The notes under the pieces: model-generated
The model's database searches: none
Seen by the model: only the letters and a program-made list of their open reading frames with translations
Told to the model about the DNA's origin: nothing
Origin: Fistulifera solaris
Lineage: Eukaryota
Length of the DNA: 64,000 nucleotides
Assembly: GCA_030295235.1 (NCBI GenBank)
Contig: AP026128.1
Coordinates: forward strand, 930,001 to 994,000
Reading direction: 5' to 3'
Translations under genes and position numbers: made by a program
Part shown: positions 50,143 through 62,348 of the stretch, piece by piece
Position numbering within the stretch: position 1 is the stretch's first letter
Layout of the letters: each line of letters opens with the position of its first letter

Positions 50143-52247
50143 ATGAGTGCAATGAAGAAGCTTTTGCTTTGGTTATTTGGCTCTAAAGCTTCCCCTCCTT
50201 CTTCTCGATGCCCACAATTTCAATTAGATTCTGCTACCCTTCGCATCGATGCCGCGGCATACTGTAAATGCTACGGCGTCAATGTAGAGCCATCAACAGA
50301 AGGAGGTCAGAATGTTGCATCTTTGGACAAAGGAGACTGGTTGAGCTGGGAGCTGAACGTGAAAAAAGCGGATACATATTTAATTAAGTACCGTGTGTCG
50401 TCGCTCGACGGCCACGGAGCTTTCGAATTGTCCACACCGCTGGGAACACTCGCTGTCAAAGAACATTTACCTCATACGGACGGATGGCAAGAATGGGCCA
50501 CGGTAATACAAGAAGTAAAATTACCCGCAGGGAAAAATTCATTGACGATGAAAGTGACGCAAGGAGGATGGAATATCAGATGGCTCGAGTTCTCACGAAA
50601 AGTTAATGTAAATAGTATTGCAGCGCCCAGTGGCTTCGTTCGAGCCGATAGCAAACAAATCGTTGGTCCAGATGGAGTTCCTCTACTGTTAAAGGGAATT
50701 GGATTGGGGGTTTTATGATTCAAGAGCCCTATTTGATGATGCAGCAAAGATCAGCACGGTCTCAATGGCAAATGTTTGAACAAATTGCTGGACTGATTGG
50801 AAAAGACAATTTCAATACATATCGACAAGCCTGGCTTGACAACTATTTCACACTCGAGGATGTTAAGCAAGCAAAGAAAGCGGGGTTTAATTCGATAAGG
50901 ATACCGCTTCACTACAATCTGTTTACCCTACCTATTGAAGAAGAGCCCATCGCCGGCGTGGATACCTGGCTCGAAAGCGGCTTTACTCGACTCGATCAGC
51001 TAATAGCATGGATCGCATCGGAAGGAATGTATAGCATCATCGATTTACACGCGGCGCCTGGCGGACAGGGATTAGATTCGAACATCAGTGACTACGACAG
51101 CTCCAAGCCAAGCTTATGGGAAAGTGACGAGAACATCCGAAAAACAATTGCTTTGTGGAAACGGCTCGCGGCGCGTTATGCTAAAGAGCCTTCGATCGCC
51201 GGATATGATTTGCTGAACGAACCGAACTGGGGATTTTCCGACGCATCTGATGTCTCTGACACTTCATTGGTAGCGCATGGGTGTTTCGAACAAACCAATC
51301 TCCCGCTCAAAAACTTTTACAAAGACGTGATTGCCGCAATTCGCGAGGTTGACAATAATCACTTGATCTATGTGCAAGGAAATTGTTGGGGCAACAATCA
51401 CAAAGGCATTTGGCCAATCGATGACGATAACATCGCTTTAAGCTTTCATCGGTACTGGGTAGAGAATACGATCGAATCGATTGAAGAATATATAGACCTC
51501 CGCTCCCTGCACAACATACCATTGTGGATGGGCGAATCTGGGGAGCACCACAATAACTGGGGTCACGCCGCAGTTGACTTGCTGGAAATATATGGGATAG
51601 GATGGTCGTGGTGGAGCTGGAAGAAGATGCAATCCAATTCGGGTGTCTTATCGATATATCCTCCAGCTGGCTACCAGACGCTGTTGGACTATTGGGACAA
51701 CAGTGCGCCGAAGCCAAATCCCACGTACGCTTTCAATATCATGATGCAAATCGCCGAAGCTGCCAAAATCAACAACGTCTTTCCCAACCACGCCACTATT
51801 AAAGCTCTAACAGGAGTAGTTCCCTCCTGCGAAGATACGGTTCCTCTTACCGTCGACACAAGAGTACGCCTCGAGTCGGAAAATGCGTGCAGCATGTTGA
51901 ATGCGGCGCACGAAAAGACGGATGATGTCGGAGGCGGCTTGAACATCTGGTGGGAGAAATCCGAGGGCTGGATTTCTCACAAAATCAAAATTGTCCAGCC
52001 CGGAACCTACCAAGCGCGGTATCGCGTGGCCAGTTTAGGAGGAGGAGGGCCCTTTCAAATAGAACTCAATCAAGTCGGCGGAACCCCAGCAGGACAACCA
52101 CAATATCCCCCGGTTACGGGCAGTTGGCAGAAATTCACTACCATTGAAGAAACCCTGCAGCTACCCCAAGGCGAATACGAGCTCGTAATCCGTGCTTTGG
52201 CCGGCGGGTGGAATTTAAATTGGATCGAGCTAGCACCAGTCACTTAG
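50143..52247 (+). CDS. CBM6-GH5-CBM6 glycoside hydrolase (GH5_46-like), intronless; frameshift near 50708
   Basis: GLGGFMIQEPY, GFNSIRIP, IDLHAAPGGQ, YDLLNEP, WMGESGE, W..W.WKK; two CBM6-like modules (GGQNV..GDW..YRVSS..TDGWQ..GWNI). Confidence 0.9.
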
Positions 52248-53151
52248 AAGCACGCGCTCGTTGCGTTGTGTTGCGTCCATTGTTTCATAATCAAACGAAA
52301 ATTCATAACGGCTGATGCCATTAACTCATAAGACACACAGTTATTTCTCTTTCGTTTCTTCCCTTTCGCATACAGCAGTATGCTTTTATTTGACGTCGTA
52401 AACAAATAAACCTCCATTATTCGAAGGACGAAATCAACAACTAACTCTGGTGCATCGACGTGATCAACGAGTCGTGTATTCCCGTAACCATCATTTCGAG
52501 ACAATTATTCTGAAGTAACAAATTGATTCGCATTTGGAGTCAAATGTCATTTGTAGTTGTTTTGTTGACGATATGAGAATTTGTTTTACTTGGCAACCGA
52601 GTCGACAAGACAAAAGTGTTGCTGCAGTCCGACGATTCGAAAAAGTGAGATGATTCGTCGCCCTCCTCGCGTCATGTTTTAGCGCCCTTCCTTTGCGATG
52701 ATTCCATTTTGAGGGGGGATGGAGGGTCGATTGAGAAAGAAGAAACAAGAAATGTAATACACATTGTCATTGTTGCGCTTATTGCTTCTTTTCTTTTTTG
52801 ATGAACGTGAAGAATGACGGGACTGAAATATTTGAGTCGGAAGTCAAAATCTGGAGAATAATGTTCGTCAAAATTCTTCAGTCCCGGATCGTGAGAAATC
52901 GTTTCGCGCAAAAAAGCGACCATGATGACGACATCGAATGCTCGGCGTGTCGACGAAGCGACGATGCAGTGATTCGTTCCAAAATTATCCGCATTCTTTA
53001 AAACGAATAGCTATTTGCGCGAAACCTTTCAAATAGTATCATCTGATTTCGTACGTCTCCGTCAAGACAACGTCAAGTCAGTTCGAACTGCCGCAAACAA
53101 CACGAGAAGATACGATTACGCCACTTCTCTGTTCGTTCGAACAAATACATC

Positions 53152-55413
53152 ATGGTCGGTCTACCGATGGACGATTCCTCAAATAATCTCGCCGAAAAAG
53201 ACAAAAATGAAAAGAGTATCGATCACATACTCACTGGGGGAAAACTAGGCAAGGCAACGATCGAACGTGAACTTCGACGACGCGTCGACAGATTACAACA
53301 AGACTTAAAGACGGCGCAGGAGGATTTATTGCGTTTCCAGAATGCTGTACCAGAGACTGATAATGGCACTGCTGAAGTAGCAATTCTTCCCGAAATCGCA
53401 CTCAGTTATTCATCCGACTCGAATGATAATGCACCCGAAATCTTTCTCCCGCCATCAAAACGTGGATATCTATTTCGATGGGTCGATCGGAGTATAGGAT
53501 GGTCGGGAAGCAAATGGGCACTTCGGTTTGTTACGCTTGAAAATGGCAATCTGGCCTATTACGGCAGTCATACCGATACCGCTCCGCGGTATGTCTTGAG
53601 TCTACGAGGCTGTGCTGTACGCGATGAAGGACACAAACCCAACAAACGATACAAACCGACGGAAGGTGACGACACTCCTCCTCGACTGGATAAACCAGGA
53701 GCCTATTTCTTTCTTTTCTCGATCTATTTACGAGATAATGCTTCTCCGGCTCATCAAGACCCAACGGCGGATTTAACGGAAATTACACCCCTCCTACGAT
53801 TCTCTACCGACTCGTACGCCGAAAAGAAACAGTGGGTACAGCTCATCTCGGAAACATGTGCTTATTGCGAATCGGATGCGTTTTTGGCAGAGATGGAACG
53901 AAGACAGGAAGAAAAGCAGACGATGACTCTAGCCATGCCCGAAGCCAAGGTGGGAACATTGCCTCCACTATACTTTGCACCGGTGCAGCAAAAGCAAGCG
54001 CGTCATCCCTCTTTCACAAAAAGACCCACTGCGGCCATGTTTCGGACCAAGTCTCAGAACCTGGACCCATCACAAGTTGAATCAAAGGGTTATCCTCCGT
54101 CTAAGCCCATGCATCGTTGTGCGGCGCCTTCGTACCTGTCCGTAGAAGGACCAACACAAAACTATCGCGGATTCTTCAATCTGGGTGTTATTGTCCTGGT
54201 GGTGTCAAATATTCGATTGGTCCTCTCTAGCTTCAAGAAACATGGCTTTGTACTGTTGCGACATTTATCGGAGATTCCTCGTCTGGGAGATCATCCGTGG
54301 CAGAACTTTCCATTTGTCTCGGGATTCTTGTTACTGTTCGTGTTTGTGATGATAACGTACCTCCTAGAGCTAGGCTTGAGTCGAAGGAAGATCCCTCAGC
54401 GGCTCGGTATGCTTTTGCATTATACAAATGCCCACGCTTGCATGGGAGTCTCTGTATGGATTGTTTGGTATTTGGTGGACGCGCCTGCCATTGGGGCGGT
54501 ATTGCTCCTTTTCGCCACGAGTACTTGGATGAAACTACTGTCGTACGTGCATACCAATGAAGACTACCGTTCGAACCACATGAAGCAACAAGCAACATTC
54601 TCAACGATGGTCGAAGACCTGGATCCGCAAGAAGCTCGCGTGCGTTATCCACAAAATGTGACTATTTCCAACATCTTCTACTTTTGGGCGGCTCCGACAC
54701 TAACATACCAAATTGCATTCCCGCGATCCCCTAACGTGAGATTGTGGAAGGTAGCAGTGATTCTGATTCGAATGGTTCCTATTCTGGCGCTTTTTACTTT
54801 CTTTGTGTCGCAATTCGTAACTCCGACGTTGGAGGGTCTGGTTGCAGATCTTGAGGCGAACTCGGGGCAATACACTTTTACCATGCTTGCGGAATACTGG
54901 TTACGCCTGAGCATTGCCAATACATATCTGTGGCTACTCATGTTTTATTTCTACTTCCACTTGTTTCTGAACCTCTTTGCGGAACTGCTGAGGTTTGGGG
55001 ATCGGGTATTTTACAAGGATTGGTGGAATTCGTCGGAAGTTTCTGCTTATTGGCGACTGTGGAACATGCCAGTACACTTCTGGTTGGTTCGGCACTTGTA
55101 TTTTCCTTGCGTTCGGATGGGCATGTCCAAAAACTTGACGACGTTTATTGTATTTTTCGTATCGGCTGTCCTTCATGAGGTATTAGTGAGCGTCCCATTT
55201 CACATGGTTCGACCTTGGTCGTTTTTGGGAATGATGATGCAAATCCCTCTGGTTGGTATGACCAAGGTACTTAGTCGCCGATATCCAACGTTGGGAAACG
55301 TGATCTTCTGGGTATCATTTTGTATAGTGGGGCAACCAATGGCCGTCCTTTTGTATACCGTCGACTACCAATATGCAAAGCACAATGTCGCAGCACAAGA
55401 ATGCGTCGCTTAG
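53152..55413 (+). CDS. DGAT1: Diacylglycerol O-acyltransferase 1 with N-terminal PH domain
   Basis: KRGYL..W..RFV PH; MKLLSY, APTLTYQ, FGDRVFYKDWWN, WNMPVH, SAVLHE, GQP. Confidence 0.95.
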   Translation: MVGLPMDDSSNNLAEKDKNEKSIDHILTGGKLGKATIERELRRRVDRLQQDLKTAQEDLLRFQNAVPETDNGTAEVAILPEIALSYSSDSNDNAPEIFLPPSKRGYLFRWVDRSIGWSGSKWALRFVTLENGNLAYYGSHTDTAPRYVLSLRGCAVRDEGHKPNKRYKPTEGDDTPPRLDKPGAYFFLFSIYLRDNASPAHQDPTADLTEITPLLRFSTDSYAEKKQWVQLISETCAYCESDAFLAEMERRQEEKQTMTLAMPEAKVGTLPPLYFAPVQQKQARHPSFTKRPTAAMFRTKSQNLDPSQVESKGYPPSKPMHRCAAPSYLSVEGPTQNYRGFFNLGVIVLVVSNIRLVLSSFKKHGFVLLRHLSEIPRLGDHPWQNFPFVSGFLLLFVFVMITYLLELGLSRRKIPQRLGMLLHYTNAHACMGVSVWIVWYLVDAPAIGAVLLLFATSTWMKLLSYVHTNEDYRSNHMKQQATFSTMVEDLDPQEARVRYPQNVTISNIFYFWAAPTLTYQIAFPRSPNVRLWKVAVILIRMVPILALFTFFVSQFVTPTLEGLVADLEANSGQYTFTMLAEYWLRLSIANTYLWLLMFYFYFHLFLNLFAELLRFGDRVFYKDWWNSSEVSAYWRLWNMPVHFWLVRHLYFPCVRMGMSKNLTTFIVFFVSAVLHEVLVSVPFHMVRPWSFLGMMMQIPLVGMTKVLSRRYPTLGNVIFWVSFCIVGQPMAVLLYTVDYQYAKHNVAAQECVA

Positions 55414-55715
55414 CAAAGCATTATGTTGTTTGGTATTCACGGAATAGTATATTTTATAAGAATTCGGTGGTACGTTCGTAACCGTGCCTGTTCGGCACCT
55501 AGATTAGTTAGGTAGTGAGTAAAAGTGAATGCGAAAAGAATTCGAGAAGTTGTAGCTTAAACTCGTGATTCACAGTCGTATCATAGTCATGAGTCCCGGT
55601 CATCGTCATTCTGTCGAGTTTTTTCCGTGGTCGCATTTTCACCGTTCATTGATCGTTCCAATCTTCTCCTTATAAACTACCTTTCCTCAAGAAGCCGCAT
55701 GACTAATTGCTTCCA

Positions 55716-57113
55716 ATGTCTATTCAACTGAGTTGCGGGAAGATAAATGCGGGGGGCGTGGCCGTTCTTTTGACTGTGCTCGTAGTATCGGCGTTTTTCT
55801 CAATAATACTGTTCTTAGAAGCCGATGGAGGTGAGGTGCAACCACCCGGAATGGAAACCAAGCCTTACAAATCCCCAGTTTCTGTTGTAACGAAAAATGT
55901 CGAGCTCATTCGAGAGTTTGTGCTGCCTTCTGCTTCGGATCCGTCCACGGTGGTGATACCATTTCAAAATTCCACAGGGCTAACGAAAATGGCGCACCTG
56001 TTCTTCAACGGTGGCACATGCAATGCTCTACATGAAGGCGAAAGCATCGAATCATACAACAATCATTCAACACTCGTGGAAATGAAATTTAACTGTCTTG
56101 ACCTTTTCAAGAACAGCGGTCTAGGAACAGGGAACTTTATCTCTGCTTTCTATGCCATGCGGATGGTCGTACATGCCCTGGGACCCAAGGGCGATGTACT
56201 CATTGAGTGTGACGATGCAGAAGAAACGAAGAAAGAACTTATTTTACCGTGGATGATGGGAAAGTTTCCTAGATTACCAGAAGGAGATCCGGAATGGGAT
56301 GAGCAGCCATCGGCGGCCGATGCATGCCGAGATTACAAACAGGTTCCAGTGGGGTACCGGTGGAAAGACATGGTGTTCGAAATGCGTCGAATGGCCATCG
56401 CTATGGTCGGTATACCATCACCGGATCATCCCAGTGCCGCCTGGGCCGAAGAGCATTTGTGGTCCACCCCGTCAAATCGACACGAGCACGGCCGCGACTA
56501 CTTTCAATTACCTCATCCACAAAAGGGCGATCCGCCATTATTTCCGGACACCGAAATCGACGATGCCGTCTTACATTTTCGCTGCGGTGACATTATTATG
56601 ACGAATCATCCTTCCTTTGGCTTCATGAAGTTCGGGTCTTTCTCCAGGCACATTTCTCCTGACGTACGGCGAATCGGCATTGTGACACAACCTTTCGATC
56701 AGGGTGGATTGCAACGAAGGGGCGACGCCGGCGATGAGAAGCAGAGAAGGTGCAAGAAAGTTGTGTACGAGTTCAAGGATCATTTGCATGAAAAGTTTCC
56801 CGACGCTGAAATCAACATATGGAACAGTGTGAATGAGTCGATAGCGCAAACATTTGCACGCATGATCATGGCGAATCAGACTGTTGTGGCCATTTCGTCT
56901 TTTGGCGTCTTTCCTGGCGTTACCACATTTGGGACAGGCTACATACGAGAGCCTGATTTCATGAAAGCACCCAATCGCTGGCTGCTTACGTCTCCCATCG
57001 TCGAGAAGGCTGGCAATATTGTATTGGTTAAAGAACCGATGATATTTTCTGGGCAAGCTAAGAAGATGTGGGATGAAAATACCCTTCTAGACTGGTTCAA
57101 GAACTATGACTAA
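55716..57113 (+). CDS. Type II membrane protein, fucosyltransferase (GT11-like) motif
   Basis: N-terminal TM; GLGTGN, VLHFRCGD, F..MI.A.....SSF. Confidence 0.5.
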   Translation: MSIQLSCGKINAGGVAVLLTVLVVSAFFSIILFLEADGGEVQPPGMETKPYKSPVSVVTKNVELIREFVLPSASDPSTVVIPFQNSTGLTKMAHLFFNGGTCNALHEGESIESYNNHSTLVEMKFNCLDLFKNSGLGTGNFISAFYAMRMVVHALGPKGDVLIECDDAEETKKELILPWMMGKFPRLPEGDPEWDEQPSAADACRDYKQVPVGYRWKDMVFEMRRMAIAMVGIPSPDHPSAAWAEEHLWSTPSNRHEHGRDYFQLPHPQKGDPPLFPDTEIDDAVLHFRCGDIIMTNHPSFGFMKFGSFSRHISPDVRRIGIVTQPFDQGGLQRRGDAGDEKQRRCKKVVYEFKDHLHEKFPDAEINIWNSVNESIAQTFARMIMANQTVVAISSFGVFPGVTTFGTGYIREPDFMKAPNRWLLTSPIVEKAGNIVLVKEPMIFSGQAKKMWDENTLLDWFKNYD

Positions 57114-57797
57114 AATGCAAAAATTGCTTTGTTCATCACCACTCGAGTTTCGCAAGAATCTATGAGGTTTTTGAAGGAGCAAACATGCAGCAAAGATGAG
57201 GCAAGCTGCAGTCACCTAAAATTGCCGACCTTCCTCCACGACTGCATTTCAGTCACGGGTCATTATTTTACCAGACCGAGTATCGCATCCTTAGTTCTTG
57301 GTTAGCTTTGCTAGCTTGGGATGCTCTATCAATCATTATATCGGTATCATGTCGGTCAAAAGCATTTTAAAATTGAATAGCTTATTCTTCATGTCATAGC
57401 CCTTTGCTTTTCGTTACATGCGTATGTACTATAGGCCAAAGTGAAGATTTTTTACCACGACTGCAATTCAGTCATGAATCATGAATCCGTCTTTCGAGCC
57501 AGATTGCACTTTGTCTATGTTCGTTCTGCTAAAGCGTAGTACAACACTTTTTACTGCGATAAACATTTTTTCTTTAGCAGTAGTTTCAACGCAACGCCTA
57601 GATTAATTTGGTTACGGCGAAAATTGCCGGATCGTTTCCTCCTAGAATTGGAATGTCGCACCGGGTAGCTTTCTTTCCGTTGCTCTGAAACGAGCGACCG
57701 CGTAATAAAAACACCGCACACGTATTTTTGTTCGACGAAGATTTTGTCATCACATCAATAAAAAAAAAGGCGAAGGTTTCTATCACTTATCATCATT

Positions 57798-58768
57798 ATG
57801 ATACAACGAATCGTCCTTTTAGCGTTACCTCTCCTGGTAAACGCAATGCCGTACGTGGTGTTGCGCAATAAGGCCGCAAAATGTTTCAAAATAGAAGACA
57901 TCAAGCCCGACACGCTCTTATTAGTTCATTACCACACGCCTGGTAAGCACAACGCTTCGCAGATGAAAGGCTTATCCTTCGAAACGCTGAAAACTCGTGT
58001 CTAACTTTTGCTTTCCTTATCCGCAGACGTGGTCCTTGGAGTCCGATGTAGTGCAAGAAGGAGGTGATGATTCACGATATTCCGACCGACAAAAGCAGCG
58101 CATTGAAATGATGAAGACTTCTGTAAGTGCCTTTTTTTCAATAGCAGCGTATCAATTTCTCTCTGCAAATGAAACTAACACTTTCTTTATAGAGAATGAA
58201 AGATATTAATATACTGATTCAACAGCGGGAAGACGATTACTTGCGTCATTTGGCCGAAAAACGAACCGAACCAAATATACCCCGTCCGCCCACCAACAAG
58301 CTTCGGGTACAACTGGATAATCGCGAAGGCACTCTCGAATTCCCCACTGCATCGGATGGCAACTCGGTAGTAGAAATTTGTTTGCAGTCGTATTTTGCCA
58401 CACAAGAGGATCCGAGTCGGGTGGGCTTGAATCTAACTGTCGTGGTACCGGATGATAGTGCCTATGAGGTCAAAGAAGCGCAAATGAGCGAGGAACAAAT
58501 CGCTCTCATTCAACAATCGAATCGCGTCATCAAATCACAGACTTCCGGCATAACGCAAGAACTTCTGCGACTCGAAAAGGATGTGATCAACATTCGAAAG
58601 GATGTCGGTCGTTCCAGCCGACAAGCGGTTGATTTCCAGATCAAGTCGGAAAGACTCAACAATGCTGTTTACTACTGGCCCATCTTTCGAATCTTTGTCC
58701 TTCTGCTGACAGGGTATCTGCAAGTGAGTCATGTATTGAATTACATGAAGAAGCATCACATTCGTTAA
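57798..58768 (+). CDS. Second p24/TMED family protein; introns near 57942-58026 and 58123-58193
   Basis: Signal peptide, KCF, EIC, coiled coil, YWPIFRIFVLLLTGYLQVSHVLNYMKKHHIR. Confidence 0.85.
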
Positions 58769-58981
58769 TCTTTTGATGTTGAATGATCACAAGACTAGTA
58801 GTTTATACAACGACATCGATAGCATAGTCTTCCATGAAAGAGATGAGAGGTCGAAAGACGTTCTCACGTTACCAGTACCTACATACGACTGCGCATGCGG
58901 CCTGTGTTGTATAGGCATCGGTTGAAGATCTATTTCTAAAAATATTAGAATAATTTTTATGACGCAATCTATCAAATGCAT

Positions 58982-60665
58982 TTAATGATGCCCGCCACCT
59001 TCTGCCAACGAGATCCAGGTCCCCAAAATAGCAAAGATGATCCCGAATACAACCATCAGTTTATTGAAGGCCAATTCTCCAGAAAATAGTGGCTGTACGA
59101 TATTCTTTCCCTTCTTATCCTTCATGTTCAACAATTTGAAGTTCACAATAGCGGGGAACATGTAAATGACGACGGAGCCGAAAACACTGCCGACAATGCC
59201 GATCACAGTAGCCAACTCGGCTTCAGTGACAAAACAAGCAGCAGTAGCAATAATCGTCAGCAAGCTAACCGACCACGCTTTCTGTTGTTGAGGGCGCTTT
59301 TCCTTTAACAATGAAAAAAGCGCTGCCTTCAAACCAGCGAACATGAGCGCATACCCCGAAATAATCGCCAAGCCTGTAAATGCTCTTGCAGTTGTTGCCA
59401 TAACATCTTGGGATCCATGGTAATGATTGAGCAAGAGCGCTTGCGAATTACTTCCAAATGTTGCGTAGCCAAGTATCATCATGCAGAAGAAGACAAGTGC
59501 TGTGCCCCCTAATCCAAATGCCATGACTTTCTGTAAATTAGAAACTGTTCGGTTTTTCAACTCCATGAAATATTTGACAGAATTGTAGTGGCATGCGTAA
59601 GCAACGCAGCACCTGAGTCGCCGACAGAAAAGGGATCGAAAGGACATGGTTAGTTATGGTAATAATAATAAAACATGGTTAGATATAGTATGTAAGTTGG
59701 AGATGACATTCACAGACATAATCACTTACATATTCATCAAAACAAGCAAACCTCGTTTGGCTTGGAATGGCTTTAATTCCGACACGAGTCCTAGAACACC
59801 CGTCCCTTGACCGGATGGATGCAAGTGATTGGGCATGAGACTGTAGAATTTTCCGCCAGCCGCGTAACTTCCATCCACCAATCGCTTTCCAACAAAGAAT
59901 ACCGTGTAGATGATTCCTAACAATCCAGTCATACTGGAATACTGCAACGAACTCAGATCTTCCGCCAGACACAGAGGAAGAACCGGAACTGCATGCAAGA
60001 GAAGCAATACCGTCCAGCGCTTTCTCAGAATCGGCGGCAGAGAGGGCAACCCGGACACGAGCGACCCAAAGATGTCCCCCAAAAAGGCCGAATAGAAGAG
60101 CAGGCAGCCCAAAGTGAGTGCCACACAACCCAGATCCGGAATGAACTTTGTCTGGGGACCGACCGTGCGCTCCCAGACTTCGGAGAGTGATTCGGCCATG
60201 ACGACGGGCTTTTCTCGACAGAGCGTCGCGTCCGCGGCACGGGCCCACGTCACGAGAGAGTACCACGAAAGAAAACCAAAGACGAGCAAAATGAGAGTGG
60301 CTAGAACGGGTCCGGTTCCTCCGCCCGCTGCCATGCCGTAAGCTAAAAATATGAAACATTGAGGAGAGTGAGTTACAAAATGTGAGCTCGACATGGGATT
60401 ACTGAAAGTCGCACATACCGATGGGTAGCATGCCGTGAGGACAAAGATCAGCAAGAACATTAGCAATTGCTACAGGAGCCGACATGAGATGTTCTTCATG
60501 ATGGTGATTATTAGCAGTAATCTTTGCTTTGACAATCGGAGCTTTCTTCACAGTTTTGTTGAAGCCTCCTCGGAGTTCGACTACGACTGACGATGCAATG
60601 GGACGGTGGGCCTGTACATTCAACAAAAGACATGCCGTCAACAGCAATGAGTTAATAAACCTCAT
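58982..60665 (-). CDS. Amino-acid transporter (Aa_trans/AAAP family) with signal peptide; introns 60343-60418 and 59613-59729
   Basis: G.LP.AY, LPLCL..DLSSLQYSSMTG, AYACHYN, GYATFG, GSVFGS...YMFP. Confidence 0.88.
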
Positions 60666-61289
60666 ATTGATTGGATTCTAAAGGCAATGATCAAGGATCG
60701 GATAATGAAAGACATGCAGCCGATGGATGCGTGTCAACAAGACGATGTTGTGTCGCCCGCAACAAGTGTGACGTGCGAAGTGAACTATGGGCACGCTTGT
60801 AGAGGTTGATTGCGCTACGACACTGCAGCTTCGTGAATGAAATCATTATTCAGTCAGTCTTAACGAAAAACGGAAACTCTTGGTTCTATAGTAAATATTT
60901 GAAAGTCAATTCAAACACACTGAATTTCCGTATGAATCCTTACACCGTACACAGCATTTGTGCAAAGTTATGGTCTATGCCACGCAAGGATCCCCAATCT
61001 CCGAACCTCCAAGGCTTGTTAATTACGTTGATCCTTTGTATTTCAACTTTGTGCGTCTTTTTCATTCGCTACTAATCCCTAGGCAGAACATAAAATTCAG
61101 AGACAACGGCGGGACTGACATTGAGTCGAGCCGGGAACGTGTAAACCAACACTTTACCACATAGTAAATTTTCCGATCTTGTGACAGCTGAAAACAGTAT
61201 AATAAAACCGTTGACCGCCGTCACTTATTTTCATGTTTTGCGCATTCCGCATTGGAATGACCATTCTGTTGTAATTCAAGAAAGCAATC

Positions 61290-62348
61290 ATGATTACCTT
61301 TTTCATCACATTACCCTATATTTTCTTATTCTATTCCTTATGGATATTGGCAAGCTTATGGAGACCGTTCTGCACGTTGAGTCTTGTAGCTGTCTTGAGC
61401 AATCCGGCGGCGGCCATCCGTAAAGGGCAACTCTTCGTCTGGACACTTCAATATTTATTACTTTGCAATGACAAGAAATGGAAGAAAAATACACACAAAG
61501 AACCGACCGGCAAAGTCGTGGGCTCCAAGACGATTATTTTTGTGCGTCACGGAGAGTCGTTGTGGAACGAAACATTCAACAAGGGTGACCGGAGTGTACG
61601 CGACTTTGTGCTCGGCTTTATTCCGAATCTCATCAAGGCCATTGCTTATGAATGGTACTTTTGGGTGAGTGGAGCTTCTGGAGAATCGTGGTTTTATGAT
61701 TCACCTCTCAGTGCGAAAGGTGTAGATCAAGCCTATTCCATTCAGCGGGACTTTTGCCAAAATGCTTACTTGACGCCCAAAGAAGAAGCCATGAAACAAA
61801 TATGTCTGCAGAAGAAGAACTCCATCGTCGTTTCTTCTAATTTACGAAGAGCCATTGCCACTATAGTGATTGGTCTGCAAGATCGATGGGCGGAAGAGAA
61901 AGTCAAGGACGATCCCATCCAAATTTGGACGTGTTTACAAGAAATTAGTCGCAATCCGGATGCGTTATCGATTACTCCGGCTCACGGTATTGTCGCGGCG
62001 GCTGAGACAGATCCCGCCTTTATGGAAGAGTTCTGTGAGAAACACTGCGAAACGAAGCATCATTACGGTAACAAACCCGTGAATGGCAATGGACTGTCGC
62101 GCTTGCAAGAATTCTGTCAACTCGTCTTTGAACTCGATGTCGACAACGTGGTAGCTGGAGGGCATTCACTGTGGTTCCGTTCCTTCTTCCAGACCTACTT
62201 GTTTTCAGAACATGTTGCACAAAAGAAAAAAGATTGTAAATGGTGGTCTTGTCAGTTTTACTTTGGAAAAGTGGAAACTGAGACGAAAGAGATTGCGTAT
62301 CGAGTGAATTCGAGCAGTGTTACCGTGCTTCATCGCGGATTCGGTTAA
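61290..62348 (+). CDS. Histidine phosphatase (phosphoglycerate-mutase-like) family protein with N-terminal membrane anchor
   Basis: IFVRHGESLWN, DSPLS..G..QA, SSNLRRAI.T, LQE, GHSLWFR. Confidence 0.82.
   Translation: MITFFITLPYIFLFYSLWILASLWRPFCTLSLVAVLSNPAAAIRKGQLFVWTLQYLLLCNDKKWKKNTHKEPTGKVVGSKTIIFVRHGESLWNETFNKGDRSVRDFVLGFIPNLIKAIAYEWYFWVSGASGESWFYDSPLSAKGVDQAYSIQRDFCQNAYLTPKEEAMKQICLQKKNSIVVSSNLRRAIATIVIGLQDRWAEEKVKDDPIQIWTCLQEISRNPDALSITPAHGIVAAAETDPAFMEEFCEKHCETKHHYGNKPVNGNGLSRLQEFCQLVFELDVDNVVAGGHSLWFRSFFQTYLFSEHVAQKKKDCKWWSCQFYFGKVETETKEIAYRVNSSSVTVLHRGFG

Noticed and set aside
53152..55413. PH-DGAT1 fusion as a novelty
   Set aside because: Already described for diatom DGAT1
10629..58768. 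Two p24 genes as a functional cluster
   Set aside because: They are 46 kb apart, divergent, and p24 is an ordinary multigene family
356..62348. Numerous frameshifts read as pseudogenes or programmed frameshifting
   Set aside because: Nearly all are 1-bp indels at homopolymers, including in conserved genes such as SKI2, PDK and the LHC; this is the pattern of unpolished long-read error
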